52,293 nucleotides of DNA from a virus (taxonomy: Duplodnaviria > Caudoviricetes), in the IMG/VR virus record IMGVR_UViG_3300028595_000017, positions 1 through 52,293 of that record. The stretch is one strand, 5' to 3'. Of the stretch, positions 9,209 to 18,200 are shown one piece after another (position 1 is the first letter of the stretch; each line of letters begins with the position of its first letter). The position numbers and the translations under genes were made by a program. Under the pieces are notes generated by a model. The model did no database searches, was not told the origin of the DNA, and was given only the letters and a program-made list of their open reading frames with translations.

Positions 9209-10983
9209 GGGCTTTTCAGCAATATAAAGAAGCTAGTTTAAAAACATCTATGAAACATGTGCCTCTTTATGGTAGTACATTGGTGTACTTGCAAAACGCT
9301 GACTTTAACTTTAATGCTCCGACAACTATAGTATTTAATGTTTCGGATAATGTAAAAGATTATGTTCCAAATACTTTATTTAAATGGAGTATTGTTAATA
9401 ATGCTAAGTATCTTTTAATTGATAATTTTTGTTTTTATGACGATGCTATTTTATATATAGATGTGAGTAACGCTAAAACTGTTTTAAAATTGAATATTTA
9501 TTTAGATAGTACGTTTAGAGTACCTGTTTCCACTAGATTGACACAAATAATGTTTTTTGACAAGTTAATTAAAGATATTCAATTTGATGCTTTTGAACGG
9601 GCTGTTTGGGAATGGTCTATTAAACAAGACCATTACCATGAATTCGAAAAAGACTATACAATACGCGCTAAGAATAGATTAACTACAGACATTGAACGAA
9701 TTTATCTTGATGTTTATGCTGATAAACGTTGTACTATTAATGAACAGTCTTCTTTTTTTGAATTACAAGCTGATGTTGAACTTGTTAGATTCATGTTTAC
9801 TAAACGCAATGAGCAACTATATGTCGAAGATTTTGAGCTATATAGTCCTTATTCAATATTACCTGGATGTGTTTTTAATGTTTCTACAACAGCTGAAGTA
9901 TTAAATGCTAATACAAATATTTTAAATTATAATTCAGCAAATGCAGATAGAGCTGATTTTACTCCTTTAATTATAGGTAATGATTATAAAGAAAATGACC
10001 AAAGGCTTGGCGTTATATTTAATCAAGATACAAGTTATTTTTGGTATATCTTCAAAGATTTTGAAGAGAATCATGATGAAGATGTACCTATGATGCCACA
10101 TAATCAATATTTTATACAAAAAGATGATTATACACAATCAGAAAAATTTCCAGAAAATCTTTTTCCGTTAAAGTGGTATATATGGTATTTTAATAAATTA
10201 AAAGCCGCACAACAGCAATTACAGGGATATGATTGTATTGGTAGACGTTTTAAAATAAATAATTTAGATGATTTTATCGCACAAGCAACAAAATTACGTA
10301 TGTTGACACTTACGTTAGATGTGGAAGCCGGTTTTTTACCTCAAAGTACTCGTATGCCAGATGTTTATTTACATGTTTTTCTTATGAAGGATGTTAAAGA
10401 AAATTTTAATAACACAGGCGATACTGCTTTTAATTCAGATATTCGAAGACAGGCATTTTTACAGACTTTTTTTGCGGATAATTCTTTTGTACAAGAATAC
10501 ATTAACACACGTTATCATTATTTAAGTGCTATAGATGAAGAGAAAAATCCTTATCGTTTCTTAGGACAAGATGTTGCGGCTTTAGATACAATTCGAACTT
10601 ATTCTAATTTTACTGACTTTCGTAATAGTATCGATAAATCTGTTGCATCTGATTATGCAGCATATAACTCTACACAGACATATAAAGATTATAGACCTTT
10701 TTTATTTACAACGGCTGAAAAAGGCTTTTTTTTAAATTGGCCTTTAGGTGATATTATTCATCTAAATTATTATGATTATTTAAAAAGTGGTAAATATGTT
10801 TTAGAATTACCATTCTTAACTGATCAAATACGTACTTGGGATTTCAACGCTGATTTTGATTATTATATTTGGATAACACCAGAATCAAATACAACAGCTT
10901 TAAGGAATTTAAGCGTTATCACTAATGCAAACCACGTATTGCATATTAATAATATAGAAATAAAGGCATATTTTGAAAAATGA
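9205..10983 (+). CDS. Hypothetical tail/virion protein
   Basis: 592 aa, AAGGAG SD, aromatic and beta-rich, structural operon. Confidence 0.55.
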   Translation: MRAFQQYKEASLKTSMKHVPLYGSTLVYLQNADFNFNAPTTIVFNVSDNVKDYVPNTLFKWSIVNNAKYLLIDNFCFYDDAILYIDVSNAKTVLKLNIYLDSTFRVPVSTRLTQIMFFDKLIKDIQFDAFERAVWEWSIKQDHYHEFEKDYTIRAKNRLTTDIERIYLDVYADKRCTINEQSSFFELQADVELVRFMFTKRNEQLYVEDFELYSPYSILPGCVFNVSTTAEVLNANTNILNYNSANADRADFTPLIIGNDYKENDQRLGVIFNQDTSYFWYIFKDFEENHDEDVPMMPHNQYFIQKDDYTQSEKFPENLFPLKWYIWYFNKLKAAQQQLQGYDCIGRRFKINNLDDFIAQATKLRMLTLTLDVEAGFLPQSTRMPDVYLHVFLMKDVKENFNNTGDTAFNSDIRRQAFLQTFFADNSFVQEYINTRYHYLSAIDEEKNPYRFLGQDVAALDTIRTYSNFTDFRNSIDKSVASDYAAYNSTQTYKDYRPFLFTTAEKGFFLNWPLGDIIHLNYYDYLKSGKYVLELPFLTDQIRTWDFNADFDYYIWITPESNTTALRNLSVITNANHVLHINNIEIKAYFEK

Positions 10984-12203
10984 ATGAAATATATTATGAC
11001 ATGTTCCCAGAATTATTAAAAGGTTCGTCGGCTGCACAGACACGGCCTATGATATCTTTTATCGGTTTATATAAAGAAGGTAATTATTTAACTAATCAAA
11101 TAGCAGACTTTAACATTGTGAAAACAACTTCTTTAGATTATACACAAATAGCTTTTGACGATACTTTTCAAGAAGTACCTGCTAATTTTCCTAAGTCGGA
11201 TTTGCATTCTTTACTATGGGGTCGTTGGGATTATGTTAATAATGAAGATGTAATACAAACAACTCCAAGCGGTGTCTTTACAAGTCAAGGTCATTGGTAT
11301 GCTCATCCCAGTTATTCACATGCTATATTTCGTAATCAAGTTATTTTAAATAAACATACCAAAATTTTTTGGGCTACGCCCTATGCATTAGATTTAGATG
11401 TGCAAACGCAGGGTGTTGCAATGCCTGTTAGTATTTCGCCATTAGCAGGTTTTTTAGATTTTCATCATACACAAATTATTGCTATTGCGGCGTTATTAGA
11501 AAATTTAATAGTATTTACTGAATCTGGCATGTTTTTGATGTTTCCGCAAGAGCTTGGTTTTGGAATTACTGAAATAAATAAACTTAGATTACGTGATAAA
11601 CAATCTTTTATTTATGAACCGTTAACACAGACGTTGTATTTTATAGATGTAAAAAATATGCTATATTCATACAATAAAGCGGGTATAAAATGTTTGTACT
11701 ATCAGCACATTTGTTTAACAATTGAGAAATTAGATACATGTAATGGACATGTTTTATTATTTGGCACAAACAAATTATATTCTTATAAAGAGAATTTTAT
11801 GACTCTTATTGACAACTGCGCTTATTATTTAGCTGCTTCACATACTTTAAAATTACATAATGCAATAAGTACACCTTCAATTAATCAAATTTATATTAGT
11901 AATTTAACTTTCAACAATCCTAGGCGCAAACGTTTAATGACTCTTTATTGCAGTGTGCAAAATGATTTCTCTTCAAGACAAAATTTTTATTATAGTCATA
12001 AGAATAAAATTGTCCGCCTTAATAAGAAAGGTTTTATGCATGTAAATCGTTCTGATTATATTTTTGATATTTCTTTAAACTATTCGAGCTCAGCGCCTTT
12101 AAGACTTTATGAATTCAGATTGTCTTATCAGAATGACGGGACACAAGGAATAAGGAGTTCTTTAGTTCAGTGCGCAACACGAGATCCAAGGAATAAGGAG
12201 TAA
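10980..12203 (+). CDS. Tail nozzle / packaged-DNA stabilisation protein (beta-propeller, putative)
   Basis: Repeating blade-like segments (IIAIAALLENLIVFTESGMF, TLYFIDVKNMLYSY); position typical of P22 gp10/T7 gp12-like genes. Confidence 0.55.
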   Translation: MNEIYYDMFPELLKGSSAAQTRPMISFIGLYKEGNYLTNQIADFNIVKTTSLDYTQIAFDDTFQEVPANFPKSDLHSLLWGRWDYVNNEDVIQTTPSGVFTSQGHWYAHPSYSHAIFRNQVILNKHTKIFWATPYALDLDVQTQGVAMPVSISPLAGFLDFHHTQIIAIAALLENLIVFTESGMFLMFPQELGFGITEINKLRLRDKQSFIYEPLTQTLYFIDVKNMLYSYNKAGIKCLYYQHICLTIEKLDTCNGHVLLFGTNKLYSYKENFMTLIDNCAYYLAASHTLKLHNAISTPSINQIYISNLTFNNPRRKRLMTLYCSVQNDFSSRQNFYYSHKNKIVRLNKKGFMHVNRSDYIFDISLNYSSSAPLRLYEFRLSYQNDGTQGIRSSLVQCATRDPRNKE

Positions 12204-12205
12204 TT

Positions 12206-12649
12206 ATGAAACTAATGCTTCTGGAAAAAGAACATATAGATAGTATTACTATCGATATTTTAACAGCTATCAAAATAGCGCATCCAGATTATAATGATGT
12301 TTCTATAGCGAATTTCTATAGTTTTATCCACACAGGTTTATACAGAATGGTCGCTTTTTATGAGCATATAGAGAAGCCAGAAGGTTTTTTTGTTTTTCAA
12401 ATTAATGACGATTTATTAACTGGTAAAAAAATCTTCTTTATAAATCTTTTATATGCATGGTCATCTTTGGAAAATTTACATACTAAGTTATTTAATGAAG
12501 TAGTTCAATTTGCACAAACTTATAAATGTGATGTTATACAAAGTTTTGTCCAAGAGTCAAAGTTGTTGAAAATATTAGAGCAATTTCCTGTTAGACGAAT
12601 GACATTCTGTGAATATGCACTAACGTCAAAAAATAACATTAGTATATAA
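12206..12649 (+). CDS. GNAT-fold protein preceding the ejection genes
   Basis: 147 aa with GFFVFQI..FFINLLY..VQFAQTYKCDVI pattern common to podovirus GNAT-like genes at this position. Confidence 0.55.
   Translation: MKLMLLEKEHIDSITIDILTAIKIAHPDYNDVSIANFYSFIHTGLYRMVAFYEHIEKPEGFFVFQINDDLLTGKKIFFINLLYAWSSLENLHTKLFNEVVQFAQTYKCDVIQSFVQESKLLKILEQFPVRRMTFCEYALTSKNNISI
12621..12641. promoter_or_regulatory. Genome-wide 21-bp double-palindrome site
   Basis: TAACGTCA-AAAAA-TAACATTA just upstream of the AAAGGAGG SD of 12661. Confidence 0.7.
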
Positions 12650-12660
12650 AGGAGGTTTTT

Positions 12661-13581
12661 ATGGGTACTGGACCAGGTAACGCTTCTGGTGGTGCTTCGT
12701 CGGAAGCTATCTTACATAAGTTATTATCAAATAAAGATGACGGTACTGGTTGGGGTTACACTTTATATAAAGAATGGACTTATTTAGCTGATTCAATTTT
12801 ATCAAATGCTAATAATGTATTTGCTTATGCTGAACCTTTTAATCCAAATGAATTATTAAGTGATTATTCTAGTTCCGCTATGCCTATTATGGATGTGTTA
12901 GTAGAAGAGACGCCTGAAAATGTATATACAGATATGGCTAATGTTTTAGATGCCATAATTACAAATTATTATAAAACAGCTGAAGGTGAAACTATTATAG
13001 ATGATTATGCGTCTCAATTAGCACAAGATATTGACGTTGTCTTTGATTTTGAACTTTATAAAAACACACGTAATTTGCAATTAATTGGTGCTTATGGTAG
13101 CTCTATGCATGGTTATATGATTAATTTAGCTAATACACAAAAAATTCGTGAGAAAAATAAACTGTTAGCTGAATTACGCTATAAAGAACGTATTAGACAG
13201 CAAGAAATACGCCAACGAACTGAAGCAATGTTGTTAGATCTTTATCATAAAATGCGAGATCGACAGTCACATTTATTAGATCATTTAAAAACATATTATG
13301 CATTACAAATAGCCAGTCGTACCGAACATATTGATAAACAAATTAAGATGGTTGCTGATATTAATGCTTTTGACAGATCGAAATTTGAAACCGTCTTACA
13401 GTTATTGTCAGCGCCGCAAGGTGCCATATCACATCAAGGTACTTTAGGCCCATCGCCAGGACAAACTATTTTAGGGACTGCTTTATCAGGAGCAGCGCTT
13501 GGTGGCTATATCGGTGGTGGAGTACCTGGTGCTCTTTTAGGAGCTGCTGGTGGCGCGGCTGCTGGCGCTTTAACTTTATAA
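12661..13581 (+). CDS. Ejection/DNA-pilot protein with C-terminal glycine zipper
   Basis: Coiled-coil body; C-terminal GTALSGAALGGYIGGGVPGALLGAAGGAAAGAL. Confidence 0.65.
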   Translation: MGTGPGNASGGASSEAILHKLLSNKDDGTGWGYTLYKEWTYLADSILSNANNVFAYAEPFNPNELLSDYSSSAMPIMDVLVEETPENVYTDMANVLDAIITNYYKTAEGETIIDDYASQLAQDIDVVFDFELYKNTRNLQLIGAYGSSMHGYMINLANTQKIREKNKLLAELRYKERIRQQEIRQRTEAMLLDLYHKMRDRQSHLLDHLKTYYALQIASRTEHIDKQIKMVADINAFDRSKFETVLQLLSAPQGAISHQGTLGPSPGQTILGTALSGAALGGYIGGGVPGALLGAAGGAAAGALTL

Positions 13582-13595
13582 TAGGAGATAAATTT

Positions 13596-15212
13596 ATGAA
13601 CACATTTTTTGGTAATATAGTAAAAGCAGGATCAAACTTACTGGATGCTGAAGTTAGCAATGGTGTTTGGAGTATGCTTGCTAAAGCAGGTGAGGCTTTA
13701 TATACTACACCTTCATCCACATTAATATCGCAATTAATAAGTGCGCAAGCTTTGAAAGATGAACAACAACAAGGACAAACCTCTGCTTTTAACATCGCTG
13801 ATGCCAGTGCACAACGAATAGCAGCAAATACTAAGCAACAAGATATTACTATAGGAGGTGCGAATTACGTGCCCCCTCTCGATAATGGGGGTCCCAAAAG
13901 TTCCATCAATAATGGATCAGATGGAGGAGGGACTCCCAACACTACTGGACCACTTACCAACAACGAAGCTAATATCGCTTCCGATAATTTAGGTGATAAA
14001 TTATACAATGATGGTGCTGAAGTAGTGCGTTTTCTTTCTAAATTTAATCCTCATTATTTCCGTCCTAAAAGACGTATTATGGGATTAACTGTTGATGAAT
14101 ATATTAAATCACAGCAATTAGCTGATAGTCGTGTTGGTACTGCTATGAGTGCGTTACAAACACAAATGCAAGTACGTAAATTATTCAACGGAGCTCCAGA
14201 TTCAGAAGATGATCCAAAAATACTTATCGATTTAGGTGCTGATAAAATAGTAATCGGTAAACAAACTTTAACAGGAAAAGCTTTCGTCGATAAGAAAACT
14301 CTAGATATTATTAACGAAAAAAGAGCTGTAGCTTCAAAAGCTAGGATAGCGCCAGCTAAAATTTTTGGTGGACTCACTTTTAGAGATTTAAAAACAATAT
14401 CTGAGGCTGGCGATTTAGTAGATTTAGCTAGATTTTTAGGTGTTGATCAAAATGTGGCGGATGAGTTTAAAACTGCTATAAAAGCAAATAAAAGTACAGA
14501 ATATTTGAATAATTTATTAAAAGGTGAACAAGCAAATGTAGCTAAACAAAAAGTGGCTTTATTTAAAGAAAATATACAAGATACTCAAAGTAATCGTCCT
14601 TTGAAAGAAGCATTATTACGTGCTAGAGTATTAGCAAATGAACTGAAATATGATATGAATAGAACTGCTTATGAGGATTTAATACAAGAGCGTGTATTTC
14701 CAATGCCTTTAGCAGACGGAACTACTGTGGATGTAACAGTTAAAGATAAAGATATGTATAAATATATAGAGGTATACAACAAACAAATCAGAGCCAGCAA
14801 AAAAATCAAAAAAGATAAAGCCTATGATGATTTAATGGAAGATTGGCGAAAGAGAAAATGGCGAAGAGATGTGAATAGAGAGCGTTGGGAGAAAATAGAC
14901 AAACTAATGGGTCTTATGACAAGTTGGGGAAATGATAAACGCACAGACACTAATGGTTTAAGTGCTGCTGTAAATGTTTTTAATACTCAATATGCTAATG
15001 ATTTAAATACATTTATTTATGTAGATAAAGAAGGTGACTTAAAGGCTGCTATGGCTTTACCAAATGATCAAAAGAGCACTATATGGGATTTTTATAAATC
15101 TCAAGAAAAGTTATTTGAAGATAAAGGTGTCAGTAAAGAAAATCTTAATATGCATGATATTATGATTTTTTTAGTTGAGCACAATCAGTTTGTAAAAAGT
15201 ATAGGGAGATAA
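13596..15212 (+). CDS. Internal virion/ejection protein (putative)
   Basis: 538 aa, helical, between the pilot-like gene and the giant gene; AGGAG SD. Confidence 0.55.
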   Translation: MNTFFGNIVKAGSNLLDAEVSNGVWSMLAKAGEALYTTPSSTLISQLISAQALKDEQQQGQTSAFNIADASAQRIAANTKQQDITIGGANYVPPLDNGGPKSSINNGSDGGGTPNTTGPLTNNEANIASDNLGDKLYNDGAEVVRFLSKFNPHYFRPKRRIMGLTVDEYIKSQQLADSRVGTAMSALQTQMQVRKLFNGAPDSEDDPKILIDLGADKIVIGKQTLTGKAFVDKKTLDIINEKRAVASKARIAPAKIFGGLTFRDLKTISEAGDLVDLARFLGVDQNVADEFKTAIKANKSTEYLNNLLKGEQANVAKQKVALFKENIQDTQSNRPLKEALLRARVLANELKYDMNRTAYEDLIQERVFPMPLADGTTVDVTVKDKDMYKYIEVYNKQIRASKKIKKDKAYDDLMEDWRKRKWRRDVNRERWEKIDKLMGLMTSWGNDKRTDTNGLSAAVNVFNTQYANDLNTFIYVDKEGDLKAAMALPNDQKSTIWDFYKSQEKLFEDKGVSKENLNMHDIMIFLVEHNQFVKSIGR

Positions 15213-15216
15213 TAAC

Positions 15217-18200
15217 ATGGCAGAAAATAATAAAAAGAATAAGATAAATAACGACGGTGAATTAGGATTAAAACTTGACGATACTTATAAACAAGTCCCA
15301 ATAGACATGTTAACATCTGATAAAAGAGGTTATGAAGAAAGTTTATCTTCACCAGATCTATTACAACATACTTCAAATTTCGTTGGTAACATAGCTTATG
15401 GCGCTGATTCTATAATCGATGAATTAAGCGGACTTTCTTCTATTGGACCACAATCTAAAGATTATAAAGATTATCCAGAAAGACCTTTACATGAGCAGAA
15501 TTATTTGGAGGCTTTTAATCAAGATTTTTGGCATCGTATGCAATTAGCTAAAGGAGATTATGTCAAAAACGGCGAACAACTTGAACCACCGGGGATTGCT
15601 GGTGATTTGGCAGTATCTATCACGAAAAACTTAGGCCATTTAGCAACATATGGCCTGGTTGCAACTCCTATTACAATAGCAACATTACTCGAAAACATCG
15701 CTTTATCAGGAATTAATTTATCTTTATTAGACTCAGATGTTAATATTTCTTTAATAGATCCACAAATTCGTAGAGATAATTTTAATGATCCAAATCAAAC
15801 AGATATATCTATTAAAAATGATTTAATAGACCCAGCAGATGTAGCCAGTAAAGTAAGTTTAGATAAACTGAATAGTCCTCTACAAGTTACTATGCCTGAT
15901 GGCCGTAAACAATATATAAAAGATGCTGAGGATTTTCTTAATTTTATTAAAACTAATTATGATTTTGAAACTGCGAATAAAAAAAGTTATTATTTAGCAG
16001 CACAACATGAATGGTTATTTAGACAAGCTATGAAACCTTGGGATTTAGTAAAACATAGCGAAACTAAAGTTGTTAAAGTGCCCCCTATTTATACTTTATA
16101 TGATAAAAATAAAGCTTTTGAGTTTGAAGGTGATACACGTTATCCTGTAGTTTTAGATGATAAAAAGCAAATTGTACAGTTTAATTCAGCGGCAGATGCT
16201 CAACGTTATATAGATGCAGATAAAAAAACACGTAGTGAGTATATTATGGATGCTACACAACAAGAGTATTGGGCAGTAGCAACAGATGATAACCTATTAC
16301 AAAATGAGGATGGTACTATACAACAATTTGATAGTGCTGATAAAGCTTATGAGCATATAAGTGCAAATAATATGATTAAGCCAGGGCAACGTTTAAGTGA
16401 TGTTTTACAATGGGGTTTAGAAAAAGCTATGATTCCAGTTGAAGCAGCTTCAGATTATATTGTGCCGGCACACCTGCATCCAGCAGCACATGCTTGGGTA
16501 AAAGAAGCTCTAACAGTTGCGTCATTTAAAGTAGTAACAGGTTCTGCTAATAAAATTACGCATAAAATAGTAGAAAGACGAGCTGCTCGGAGTCTTAAGA
16601 AAAGTGAAGAATCTTTTACAGAAGGCTCCAAAGAATTTAAAAATTTAAAAGGCACCGAAGAATTCTTTTGGGAAGCTGTTGTTGATGGTGATAAAGTCAA
16701 TGGAACAATGCAGGCCAAAAACCAAAAAGCAGCTGAACAAATGGTAAGAGAAGTTATGAACTTACCGGATGCTAGAATTGAGCCAAGAAAACAAAGAGTA
16801 GAAGCTGTTGCTAAATCAGATGAAAAAATTAAACCAACAGATCCTGAAGCTAAAAAACAACGTAGACAAATGAATGCTAAAGTTATACAAGAACCAAAAA
16901 TAGTTGCGAATCTTTATGATGGCATGAAAGTTAAAGCACATGAAGCTTACAGCCGTATTCAAGAAGCTGAAAATAACGGCTCAGGTGCACTGTGGGAAGA
17001 TAGAAAGCTGGTGGATAGTTATAGAAAAATATTAGAAAAAGGCGATTTTAAAGACTCTGTTTTTGAAGAGTATTTTACGCCAAAAACTGAGATGACTTCA
17101 AAATTATCAGAAAAAGAATCTCAAAAAGTAAAACAAGGAGCAATAGATGCTAAAGGTAAAACAGTTACACAAAAAACCGATAAATCTAAGTCGGACGATA
17201 CCGCACAAAGTTCTGCAAAAAAGAAGGCGGAGACAGAAACAAAAGAAAAGAAAACAGCTAAAAAGCCTCCACTTAATACATATGCTTATCATGGTTATAA
17301 TAAAACAACATTGCAATCAGAATATGGTGTTATAGAAGCAACATCATTAAGAGATGCAAAAAAAATATCACGCGAAAAATTTTTTAATTCTGAGTTATAT
17401 GAAGTTAGCATAAGACAAACACTTAAACAATTCACAACAGATATACTCAGCAATGCTTTCCAAGGGCAAACTTTTCAAAAAAGAATAAAATATGTACAGT
17501 ATGATACACCATCTAATATAATAGCTAATAAACATATTAAAAGCGAGGGTGCATTTAAAGTTTATTTTTCTAATGGAACGCCTACACGAATAGATGTAAA
17601 TCCAAATGTTTTTAAAAATAAAGCGACAAGAGGTTCTATTAATTATGACAATTGGAGAGAAGTTGTTGGAAAAGAATTAATTAATACTCCTTTTGCTGAA
17701 GTACCAATACATATTAAAGGCAGTAGATTAAGTGGTGTAACTGCAACAACATTATATCAATTACAACAAAACATTATTAGTTCAGCAGACATTAAAGCTG
17801 ATGGTACACATGCTGTTAATACAGCTGAGTTGACAGATTTTTTAAATATTACAGATATCAGTACTGGTTTAACCGATCCCATTAAAGCTTATTCCAGATA
17901 TAATTCTATAATGCCAGCGCACATTAAACGCGGAGTATGGGGACTTGAAATAGAAGGCAAAGAACTAACTATGAAAAACGCTAAAGGTAAAAAAGTTCCT
18001 GTTCGTTTTAAATCACACGAAGCAGCTGCTGATTATATAAGTACTATATCTATTATAAAATATGGACCACCAGGTAATCAGCGATATATCTGTGGGAGTA
18101 CTCGTTCGCCTATGAATATACCTAACAATACTAATAAATCTCACTATAACGCAGAAACCGAGGCTCCTGAAATTACTGAGCGCCGAAACGATCTAGTTAA

